This document shows, piece by piece, positions 1 to 11,470 of a DNA stretch of 64,000 bases. A program made the position numbers and the translations under genes. The stretch's first letter is position 1. Each line of letters opens with the position of its first letter. The DNA is taken from positions 46,438,001 to 46,502,000 of the forward strand of contig NC_043012.1 in the NCBI RefSeq assembly GCF_006345805.1. Reading direction: 5' to 3'. The notes below the pieces were generated by a model. The model was given only the letters and a program-made list of their open reading frames with translations. It had not been told where the DNA came from and searched no databases. Source of the DNA: Octopus sinensis (Eukaryota).

Positions 1-1379
1 CCAAAAAATGAAAACACAACAACACACACATATAAAATATAGAATGAAAATAACATAAATATAGACTTGGATAAAGCAATGAACCCTAATAAACTAGCAA
101 ATATACATCCTCAACGCAAAAAAATATCAGAAATAGAAATAGAACGTCTAAAAGAAAAAATACATCAGGAAAATGTAGATAGAAGCCACACAACAATGCC
201 CAATAATATAAACACTGAAACAGTAAAACACGAAGACAAACGTAACATTCCAAACAAAAACGATGTAAACAAAAAAACAACAAACCCAGACCGTAAGGAT
301 GCATAATAATACACGACAAACAGCAAGCCAAAACATGACAAACAAACATACGAACGTAAAAAAAAGTGACACAAATGTAAAACCTGGAAACAACGAAGGG
401 GAGCCTAATGATTATGATACTATAAAAAGTAGAATAATCAAAGAACTGAAAAACACAGATCTCAAGTTGACCACCGACCAAAAATCAAAATAGACGAAAC
501 AACAACATCAATTATAAGCAGCATAAACCTAGCCGTCACGGAACTAATAGCCACTGAAACAAAAAGCGATATCACTAAGCTAAATGACTTAGTATACGCA
601 GCAGCCACTGCAGCCACATAAGAAGCTGGATACTCACTCAAACCCATCTAAACAGGAGTACCACCACCCCAAAAAAACCCTGTGGATAAATAACATCCAA
701 AACAAAATACAAAAAATGAGAAAAGATCTGTCGATTCTTGATGAAATCAGTAGACAATCAACGCTACTGAGCAACAAAAAGAAAACAAAAATACTCCGCA
801 AAAAAAACATCACAGAAAAAGATTTACCTGAGATAAAAGAAAAACTAAAGCAATATATCCTTGCCAAAGCACAAAGGATCCGCCGGTACGAGAAACGCCA
901 GCGCTTGTTTGAACAAAACAAAAAGTTCAACTCCAACCCCAAAAAGTTCTACCAAGAACTTGGCAAAAATAGAATAGACATCACTGCAGCACCAACGGCA
1001 GAAGTGGAAGAATTCTGGAGAGAAATATGGTCGGCGAACGAACAACCAATAAAAATGAGTATTAAAACAACTAACTCAGCATCTGAGCAACTTTGGACCC
1101 CCATAACAACTGGAGAGGTCACCCAGGCACTGCAAAAACTAAGCAACTGGAAGACACCTGGGCATGGCAAGATCCCCAACTTCTGGTTGAAATATCTAAC
1201 AGGAATGCACAGAAAGCTGGCTGAAAATTTTAACAACATACTAGCAGAGCCAGAGACAATGACAGAATGTCTCACGAAGAGGAAAACCAACTTAATTCCC
1301 AAATCAAATGAGACAGTAAAAACCAGAAAACTACAGACCAATAACCTGTCTCCATACAATCTACAAGGCATTTACTGCA

Positions 1380-2231
1380 GTGATATCGCAAAGGTTGAAC
1401 AAGCACCTAGACGAAAACAACCTGTTTCCAGAAGAGCAGAAAGGATGCCGCAAAGGCTCATATGGCTGTAAAAATCAACTAATGATCAATAAAGACATAA
1501 CTGAAGACAGCCACAGAAAGAAGAAAGGCCTCAGTATGGTATTGATCGACTACCGAAAGGCGTTTGATAGCATTCCCCACACATGGGTCCTCGAAACACT
1601 AGCCATTAACAAAGTAGCACCAACAATTATAAAATACATAGGACACTCTATGAATAAATGGCAAACAGTGCTACAGCTCCAAACAAAAGAGGGACTCATG
1701 AAAACCAAATACATCCCCATTAGAAGAGGAATATTCCAGGGAGACACGCTCTCTCCACTCCTTTTCTGCTTGGCACTGTCACCTCTATATGATATGCTAA
1801 ATAGAACTGGATGCGGATATAAATGTTACGGCAAAACGATCAGCCACCTTTTATATATGGATGACCTAAAACTATACGCTGCAAATGACAAACAGCTGGA
1901 AACACTATTAAAGACAGTACATGGATTTACCAAAGAAATAGATATGAAATTTGGATTAGAAAAATGCGCCAAAGTAACCATGAAAAGAGGAAAACTAGTT
2001 AAGAGTAGCAACATCACACTAGATAAAACCAATGAAATAAAAGAATTAGACCAAAGCCAAACTTACAAATACTTAGGAATCCATGAACTAGATAAGACAC
2101 AACACACACAAATGAAAGAGAAAATAAAAAAAGAATATTATAGACGAGTTAGATCAATACTAAAAACAGAGCTCAATGCTAAAAACAAGATAATAGGTAT
2201 TAACACTTTAGCTGTCCCAGTTATAAGTTAA
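1380..2231 (+). pseudogene. Reverse transcriptase domain of the R4/Dong-like element
   Basis: DYRKAFDS, RRGIFQGDTLSPLLF, HLLYMDDLKLY, YKYLG motifs; frameshifted from the upstream ORF and ended by a premature TAA at 2229-2231. Confidence 0.92.
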
Positions 2232-2707
2232 TGCTACAATATCCTTAACTGGACACTAAATGAACTGACCAAAATAGATAGGAAAACAAGAAAAATACTG
2301 ACAGGATCTAGGATGCATCACCCAAAATCTGACGTAGAAAGACTATATGTACAACGTATAGAAGGTGGTAGAGGCCTTATACAGCTGGAAAACTACTATA
2401 AAATAACCACCATAGGACTGCAAAAATATCTACTTCAGAAGGAACGAAAACTGATACAAAACAAAACAAAAAACTGTTCTCAGTATTTAAGGAAGCTGAC
2501 AAATACAAACAAGAAATCATACCACCTAACAAATATGAAGAAGAAGAAGATGAAGAAACAACAAAAGCTATAAAACAAATGAAATCCAAACTAAAACTAG
2601 AACAGCAAAGAACCATGATAAAACGATAGCAAGAAAAGCCCCTTCATGGTAAATACTGGACTAAACTAAATGCAAAAGAAATAGACAAAGAAAAATCCCA
2701 GCAATGG

Positions 2708-3388
2708 TTGAGAAGCTCAGGACTCAAATCAGAGACAGAGGGATTTTTAATTGCAGCACAAGACCAAAGCCTCCCCACCAGAAATTACCAAAAACATGTA
2801 ATGAAAAGAAATATTACAAGTAACTGCAGAATATGTGGAGATGGACAAGAAACAATAAATCATATTATCTCTGGCTGCCCAGTCCTGGCTAAGAAGAAAT
2901 ATATTCACAGAAACAGAGTTAGAACCTACATACACTGGAAGCTATGCCAACATTATGGAATAACAGAAAAGATATGGTATAGACACACACCAGAAAAGGC
3001 CACAGAAAATGAGAAAGCAACCATACTCTGGGATATGCCGATACACACAGATAGAGAAATTAAGGCCAACAGACCAGATATATTTGTCAGAGATCATAAA
3101 GAAAAAAAATGCTTTCTAATTGATGTATCAATACCGGCAGATGACAACGTGTCTCTAAAAGAAATGGAGAAACTCTCAAAATACAAAGACCTGGAAATAG
3201 AGGTAACTAGAATGTGGAAGCTGAAAACAGAAACAATTCCTATCATAGTAGGTGCATTAGGCATGATAAAAAAATATTCAGACAAATACATAACTAAAAC
3301 ACCAGGACTTACAAACACATATAACATACAGAAAATTGCACTACTAGGCACTGCACACATCCTACGCAAAACACTTTCCATACAATAA
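2708..3388 (+). pseudogene. CCHC zinc knuckle plus PD-(D/E)xK restriction-like endonuclease of the R4/Dong-like element
   Basis: AAQDQSL, CRICGDGQETINHIISGC, ILWDMPIHTD..NRPDI..LIDVSIP..KYKDL motifs. Confidence 0.9.
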
Positions 3389-3482
3389 CCATCAGAGCAT
3401 CACAACAAATCACAGCACATACACAAGGCACACAGAGCTGCGCTCGGTAGTGAAGTGAAAGCACGCTATAAAAATAAAACTA

Positions 3483-3588
<106 letters not shown>

Positions 3589-3650
3589 GTGATTATAACT
3601 CCAAACTTACAGGGAAAAAATCAATTTAATATTAAATTAAATATCACCAT

Positions 3651-3921
3651 ATAAATATATAATATATAAATTAGAGAATAAAAAAACTATTATGCAATTG
3701 AAACAATGATAGACATAAACCAAGTCATAAATAAAAAATAAAATATATATTTTTATAAAACATATAACTAGATCAATTGATTATTCATTTTTATACTTTT
3801 TGTGATCTAGTTATGTTTAAAAAATATTTTTTATTTCTTTTATTTATGATTTGGTTTATGTCATTCATTGTTTGAATTGCATTGCATAACATTGGTCTCT
3901 TTCTCTACTTTATATTTTATA

Positions 3922-3930
<9 letters not shown>
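3651..3930. repeat. Imperfect AT-rich palindrome (MITE-like hairpin)
   Basis: tatgcaattgaaacaatgatagacataaaccaagtcataaa...aactagatca is mirrored by tgatctagtt...tttatgatttggtttatgtcattcattgtttgaattgcattgcataa. Confidence 0.7.
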
Positions 3931-3964
<34 letters not shown>

Positions 3965-4029
3965 CCTTTAAAATGTTTCAGCCCGAAATCTGCGGCCATG
4001 CTAGGGCACCACCGTTGAATGAGCTACAC

Positions 4030-4466
4030 TAGTATGTGAAGCCACCTCTGATACGTGGCACTTGAACAGCAAGGGGTTCGACGCCGCTGCCCGCATCTCT
4101 GTTTCCTGCCGAGAGGTAGGTTCTTCTGGAACCCCTGACAAGAAGAGATCCAGTTTAGTTTTAAAGAAACCCACATCCACACCATACAGGTCTCACAGGC
4201 ATTTATGAAGGATATTGAAGAGCTGTGGTCCCATGAAACCCGAGCTGTTCCAGTATCTGGTCCTGTATTTTGATGGTGCTGTTGGGATTTCTGGCACCAT
4301 GAGGTGGCGCCGCGTCCTGCTTTTGGGGTAACTTTGAAATTTCAAAATTCGGGACAAGACCCTCCAGGATTTTCCAGTTGTATATCACTGCATATCTCTC
4401 CCGCCTTCGCTCCAGGTAGAAGAGTTTTAATTCTTTTAGTCTTTCACAGTAGCTAATATGTTGCAT
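4030..4466 (-). mobile_element. 5'-truncated CR1/L2-type LINE 3' end
   Basis: SYCERLKELKLFYLERRRERYAVIYNWKILEGLVPN then, in a shifted frame, GPQLFNIL..FKTKLDLFLSGVPEEP, typical of CR1/L2 ORF2 C-termini. Confidence 0.8.
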
Positions 4467-4821
4467 TGAGACGATTATAATAACATTCTCACAAAGATAT
4501 AATTGAGAAGCAATTTGTACTTCAGATCGTTACCGAAAACATTAAAACATACTCATTTGCCGCTAAATCCTCTCTTGTGCAAAAATAATGTTCAATAAAC
4601 AGTGTCCAGTGTCGAATTATGCTTTTCATTCTATAGATATTATTGTAAATAAAAATGCATTTCTCATAGAAGTTGTGTGCTTTATTAAAGAAAAACTAAT
4701 ATTTCTTGAGCTATTCTTGTTATTTCAGGCATTTCTCGGATTAACTTATGATAACTTTGATTCAGAGCGTTTTTAAACATTTGGAAGTGTTGCCTGGATG
4801 CGTCCACAAGAATTTTTATTT

Positions 4822-4995
4822 ATAAAATAGCCAGATAACCGAAGAGATGGCGTTGTGGATTCCCACTTCGGCATCTGAAACTCAGTTTTATCTTGACTAT
4901 CGAGTAATGTAACATATTATTTTATAGATAAATTTCCTCTATTTACATAATATTGAGGTCTCTTTCCTTCTTTTGTTATCTTACCGTTTTACCAA
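4822..4995 (+). mobile_element. TA-embedded palindromic repeat family, core plus right arm (also at 5127-5229 and 31969-32196)
   Basis: agccagataaccgaagagatgg...catctgaaactcag occurs three times; 4910-4995 is the reverse complement of about 31969-32055. Confidence 0.8.
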
Positions 4996-5002
4996 TATAT
5001 AC

Positions 5003-5050
<48 letters not shown>

Positions 5051-5126
5051 TACATATATATGATTATGTACTATGACACAAAGTGCCATAGCATGCACAT
5101 GTACATATTGACTTCAAAGCCATTTA

Positions 5127-5229
5127 GAAAATAGCCAGATAACGAAGAGATGGCGTTGTGGATTCCCACTTCGGCATCTGAAACTCAGACTTTTATCTTG
5201 ACTATCGAGTAATGTAACATATTATTTTA
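5127..5229 (+). repeat. Second local copy of the 4822 repeat core
   Basis: Near-identical to 4822-4922, ending in a TA tract. Confidence 0.85.
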
Positions 5230-5286
5230 TATATATATATTATATATATATATTATATATAATATATATATATATATTATATATAT

Positions 5287-5318
<32 letters not shown>

Positions 5319-5426
5319 TATATATAATATATATATACATACATACATATATATATATATATAATATATACATATATACATATATATATATATATATTAT
5401 ATATATATATTATATATATATATATG

Positions 5427-5713
5427 ACAAATAAGAAAATGGAGAAGGACATTAGTTGGTTCATCAGCTTTAGGATATTAAAATGTTGACTTATTTATTT
5501 ATCAAAACGACAACCATAATAACATAGTGATTTTAATACTTTATATTCATGTTTTTTAATAACTATTTGTATTCTTATATCATATATGCATTGAATTTTA
5601 TACTGTATATATGTATGTTATTATGCTTGTCGTTTTAATAAATAAATAAGTCAACATTTTAATATCCTAAAGCTGATGAACCAACTAATATGCTTCTTCA
5701 TTTTCTTATTTGT
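5427..5713. mobile_element. MITE-like palindrome with ~100-bp inverted arms at a (TA)n tract
   Basis: 5427-5525 and 5614-5713 are near reverse complements (acaaataagaaaat..ttcatcagctttaggatattaaaatgttgact / agtcaacattttaatatcctaaagctgatgaa..attttcttatttgt). Confidence 0.85.
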
Positions 5714-5885
5714 AATATAAATTAATGGTAAAATATTTCTTTACTTTCACCCATTCAATACAATACATTTATTGCTTTGCAATTAAAAAGACTTGTGTAT
5801 TAATAATTGGGTATCATACCAACAGTATATTAGATAAATATTATCCCTTAGTGGTTGGATCCTCAACCCCTAACTTACTTTGTGT

Positions 5886-5948
<63 letters not shown>

Positions 5949-7705
5949 ATATATCAGCTATTATATGCCGCACAATATTTTCTCATTCATGAATTAGGAT
6001 TTGGGTACGGACAGCAACGTTTTGAATACTCTCCGTTATGATAGATACGTATTTAAAAAAAAGAAAGCAGTATTATATACGCTGTATTTGTGAGATATTG
6101 ATAATTATATTGATATAAATATTCGTGCTTCACGTGGTTTTGGGTACGTCAAATAATGATGTACCGAGAGATATTTTAGAAATATTTACTTTTGTGCGGT
6201 GTAAATGCATCCGTGTCTGTGTATGTGTGTGAAATTATGTGTGTGTGTGTGTGTTTCTGTGCGTATATTAGAAGCTGTGCTTCAATTCTTGATAATGATT
6301 TCGAATGAGAACTATATGTCGCATATATCTGAAAGGTGGCAGTAAATATACAATGTATTTATATTTATATTTATTTATAAAATGCTTTGAATTATTTATG
6401 CTTTTCGTTTTTCGTATGATGTAATCTTTGTGTTTTACTTTCTCATATGAGATTATTTAATATAGATAACTCCCTAAATTGTAGCCAACGGTACATTTAT
6501 CAGATGCATTAGTAGATGTAATGTTCAAATAGTATGTGCGGGTATGAGTGTGTATGGGTATGTGTGTATATATTTAAAAGTATATGTATATAGATGCTTG
6601 TGTATGCCTATATATGGTTATATGTTTGCAAGCATTTTATGTATGTATATATATATATATATATTATATATATATATATATATATCCATAACTTATAGTT
6701 GCATGTGTATTTATGTATGTATCTATGTATGTATCTATGTATGTATCTATGATATGATATTTTCAAAGAATTCATTTGAAAATAATATTTTAGATTTCAG
6801 CTTGGATTCCTATCGCAAATGGATCCAAAATCTGCATTGCAGACAGGGTAATGTATAATCATTTCTAGAGTTAATGGATATACTAAAGTTTTAATAGAAG
6901 ATGCAACATTCCAAATCGTTTGATGGTATAATTAAACATCGAAAATAGGATTGTTTCATCGGCGATTTAATAAACAATTTTATAAATCTTTCCGATAAAG
7001 GTTGTCACATAACAAATAAATGACCGTAAATATGTTGAATGGATACAGCTGCCGACAGAAATAGAAACGGGAAGAGAGAGAAAGACATACACAGAGAGGG
7101 AGAGACTAAAAGAGAGAGACTAAAAGAGGGAGAGAGTAAAAGAAAGATACAAAAATAGGAGTAGGAAAAGAGGTGAGAATCATAGATATTGTGTAAGATG
7201 AACTTGATAGAGAAAGTGGTATGGGAGACTTATTAAATGTATATATATATAGAGGTCATGAATTGACTAGAAGTTACCATTGTGCTTTCTATTGAATATA
7301 TAAGGTATCTATCAGGTGATAAGGGCTTATTGGATTATAGAATTGATAAAAGAGGGGTAGATGTTATATACTGTGACATCAATATCCATATCACGAACTC
7401 ATTGTAAATCATTCTAAATGTATTTTATAACAGATCTTTTTTTTTATTTTTCAGTATTATGGGGTTGTTATATCCCTCATGCAAATGGCATCTCATAGGC
7501 TCTCATTAACATACACCAAATGGTCTGATCTATGTGTGACATATACAAATTACGACATAAATCTCAGCTTGCCATTAAGTACTTCAAAATGTTATTTTGT
7601 AGGATATATCACATTCAATATCTTATATAACCAAAGAGAAAGTGGCAGATAGATGTACGTGTGCTTGTCCATGTTCAATCTGCATGTTTCAGATTTATGC
7701 TGCAG

Positions 7706-7821
7706 TTTCACTCACAGGGCCATGGTCGGCCCGAGGAGACACTTGCCCCAAGTACTATGCAGTGGAACTGGACCTGAAGCCATATCGTTGGGAAGTGCGT
7801 TTCTTACCATACAGCGACGGC
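7706..7821 (-). mobile_element. tRNA-derived SINE head (same family as 20891 and 45170 copies), decayed
   Basis: Reverse complement matches the head of the 20891-21337 element (gcaagtgtct..cgggccgacc). Confidence 0.65.
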
Positions 7822-7852
<31 letters not shown>

Positions 7853-8118
7853 GATGAATAGCCTACGCGTAAACCACTGGTTTGTTTTGTTCTCTTACTT
7901 TATTATCATCTTATAATCATCTCATAATAACGACCTTTATGACTCGTATTACTACCTCAGTCAATCTAAATGTATATATGTGTCACTACCTGTCATAAAT
8001 AGCCTTTTTCTATTTGCAATATGCATTTTCGTTGATTTTTCATATTTTACCCTTACATTTCCATGTGTATTTTATATTTTCTTTTCGTAACATATTTCTA
8101 CTATATATATATATATAT

Positions 8119-8334
8119 CTGGCAGAAACGGTAGCACGCCGGACGAAATGATTAGCGGTATTTCGTCTGTCGCTACCTTCTGAGTTCAAATTCCGCCGAG
8201 GTCGACTTTGCCTTTCATCCTTTCGGGGTCGATAAATAAAGTACCAGTTTCGCACTGGGATCGATATAATCGACTTAATCCCTTTGTCTGTCCTTGTTTG
8301 TCCCCTCTATGTTTAGCCCTTGTGGGCAGTAAAG

Positions 8335-8338
<4 letters not shown>
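8119..8338 (+). mobile_element. tRNA-derived SINE with Nin/Deu-like core, tail type A
   Basis: Box-B-like gagttcaaattcc, core gcctttcatcctttcggggtcgataaa..agtacc shared with about 11 other copies in the window; flanked by TA tracts. Confidence 0.85.
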
Positions 8339-8376
<38 letters not shown>

Positions 8377-8385
8377 TATATATAT

Positions 8386-8690
8386 GGAGGCGCAATGGCC
8401 CAGTGGTTAGGATAGCCGACTCGCGGTCGTAGGATCGCGGCTTCGATTCGCAGACCGGCGGGCGTTGTGAGTGTTTATTGAGCGAAAACACCTAAAGCTC
8501 CACGAGGTTCCGGCAGGTGGGGGAGGGGATCCCTGCTGTACTCTTTCTCCACAACTTTCTCTCACCCTTTCTTCTGTTGGCCTGCTCGCTCAGCCAGCGA
8601 GGTGGCGTCATTTGAAGGCTAAAACAATGTGAAGTGCATTGTGACCAGCAGTGTGTAGCAACATCTGATAGCCTGGTCGATCACGGTGAT
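8386..8690 (+). mobile_element. Second tRNA-derived SINE family
   Basis: Box A tggcccagtgg and box B-like cttcgattcg followed by ~230 bp of non-tRNA body; inserted in (TA)n. Confidence 0.75.
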
Positions 8691-9112
8691 ATATATATAT
8701 GTATATATATATATATGTATGTATGTATATGTATATCATATATGCTGTATATATATACCTTTTCCCATATAAATGTCCTGAAAACTCCTCACAGCCTTGG
8801 ATCTGTTATCTCATTTTGTCTAATATATATATGCATGTTAATACACGACCCAGATTGGAATCCTCACTCGTATCACTATCGAGCCAAGAGTTCAACTACT
8901 CTCCATAGCACTTACTTAACCACTCTTTGGGACTTCTAGGTAGCAAAACCTCTTATATATATATATATAATATATATAATATATATAGATATATATATAC
9001 GTAATATTTACTTACACAACTACATACATATATAATATATGTACTTACATATATACATATACACACAATATAGGTATAAGTATATATACTTACATATGTA
9101 CATAATGCATAT

Positions 9113-9148
<36 letters not shown>

Positions 9149-9491
9149 ATATACATATATGTGTATGTATGTGTGTGTGTGTAGAAAGTTGAAAAGTAAC
9201 AGGCGAGTGGATGTGTACAAAAAGTAGGCCAAGGTAGAAATTGTTAAAATGAAGATAAGTTTAGTACCGGTTTCAGCTTTTGCGACGTTTTCAACTTAGA
9301 GTAAAGCACGAAAAACAAATTGCGGAAACATTAAATGAAATGTTTTTTTTTAATATTTGCACAGCTTTCAAATACGCGGGACATTTTCCTTTTTTCTTTT
9401 TTTCTGTCTTTTATTTTTGTGAAAACTTGGTACTAGTTGCTACTAGTTGAGATATACAGGTGCTTACATTTATCAAGTATTCACCCTGAAT

Positions 9492-9557
<66 letters not shown>

Positions 9558-9570
9558 CACACACACGACC

Positions 9571-9670
<100 letters not shown>

Positions 9671-9789
9671 AAATGGTTGTCTTATAAAACTATTCCGTAC
9701 AGAGATTAACAGCTATACCATCATCAGCTGCCCCACGGATATCACTATGATGTCGACTCCCTTCAATCCGGGCGTGTCGACAGCACTAG

Positions 9790-10620
9790 AATAAGTGTTG
9801 TTTGGGAACAAACATACCTTAGATATCACCGCATTCATTCAATCTTAATTCTAAGAAGGATTAATCCTAACATTATTAATCAAACTACAACAAACAAATA
9901 CATTTACCTTATATACAAAAACAAGATCGGTAAATTTATAATTCTACAAGTACACCTATATCTAACTCGTATTTTATCTAACTAAATAGCAGCCTAGTCA
10001 TTGAAGTAATTCCTGAGTAGCTTGTGCTACATATTGTACACCGCATTTATCACAGCTAATCAAATAAATTGCATTGCTAGGTTTACAACTTAACTGTAAA
10101 TTATTATAAATGATAAACCGCTTACCTGTAATCTTACCGCTAAAATATTTATCATCTACAAAAACATTACAACATAAACAATTCTTCATACCACATTTAC
10201 TTACACGACTATTACAAACAGATATAGATATATATAGTTGCTATTTTCTTTATTGTAATATCTGTTAAGCCAATTTCTTCTTTACAGTTGCTATCTTCGG
10301 TTATCAATAACATACTCTAAACGGCTTAAATTAGAGACGAACAACTAGCTGCTAGGAACTTTTTAATGAGGGGCTGCCTAATTTAGTGGGCGTTAGATGG
10401 TATAATCCTTGTATAATGAGATGGTCCATTTACACTAGATTTACCTAGTGGTCTAGTTTAAAACGCTTCTAAACAGGATCAAAACTAGCAGCCATATTGC
10501 TGGTATAAGGTTGTAGGTTCCACCCTTGGAGAGAAGAAAAACATCTACAACACATGCATATCCATTTACTTAATTAACTTATCCTTATAATCCAACGTAA
10601 CTACACATGCCAGGGGCCTG
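9790..10620 (-). mobile_element. Decayed Penelope-like element (GIY-YIG region and possible RT thumb remnants)
   Basis: KCGMKNCLCC..F.GKITGKRF..SCKPSNAIYLISCDKCGVQYV at 9998-10200 is a PLE GIY-YIG N-terminus; boundaries approximate. Confidence 0.7.
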
Positions 10621-10780
10621 TCAACGGGATACTAAGTCCGCATTGCATCAAGGTATAGTATAATATATATCAAACGGATGGCTTATAAAACTATTCCGCA
10701 CATACAATAGCAGCAATACTAATAATCTAAAACACCCCCATAATCAGCTTCCCCAAATAGATAACACTTTAACAAAATAC

Positions 10781-11058
10781 AAATGAGAGAGAAAACTAAG
10801 GGGGAAGAGGTAAGGTGCTATAAGTCCAACACATTTTTCTTGGGGCTCGGGAATCTATCATAATGTTGGTAGATGGAGTTCACCAAAATATGCAGGCCAT
10901 AATGGAAGCAAAGAATATATTTTCTAACCTGGTGCCTACGGCCTGCATATTTTGTGGAAGTACATCGACCAACATTATGATGGATATCCTAGCCCCCCAG
11001 AAACAGCTGTTCGTGTTATAATACCTTACGCCTTCGCCTTCAGTTTTCTTTGTCATTT
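10781..11058. repeat. Imperfect palindrome with ~118-bp arms and ~40-nt loop
   Basis: 10781-10898 mirrors 10940-11058 (atcataatgttggt..aaaatatgcaggcc / ggcctgcatattt..accaacattatgat). Confidence 0.8.
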
Positions 11059-11161
11059 ATACTCTATGTAAGTTTGATCTATTAATATTAATATCTATAT
11101 ATCCATACTTAAATATTCATTGTCTGAAAGTTTTCAGTCTTTGTCTAGATTTTGCTTGCAT

Positions 11162-11470
11162 GTATACATAGATACATACGTACATACGTACGTACGTACA
11201 TACATACATATATACATACATATATACATACATATATACATACATACATACGTACGTACGTACATACATACACGCGTACGTACGTACATACATACATACG
11301 TACGTACGTACATACATACATACGTACGTGCATACATACGTACGTACATACTTGCATACATACGTACGTGCGTACGTACATACATACATACTTACGTACA
11401 TACATACGTACATACGTACGTACATACATACATATATACGTACGTACTTACATACATGCATACCTACATA
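11162..11470. repeat. Mosaic (TACA)n/(TACG)n tetranucleotide microsatellite
   Basis: Direct reading; it produces the YVRT/TYIH pseudo-ORFs. Confidence 0.95.

Noticed and set aside
8386-8460. tRNA gene
   Set aside because: Box A/B-like motifs are present, but I could not form a cloverleaf and it continues into a repeat body, so it is a SINE head.
9700-9740. Hammerhead at minus-strand CTGATGA
   Set aside because: Followed by GGAAT rather than GAAA, and no stem I partner was found.
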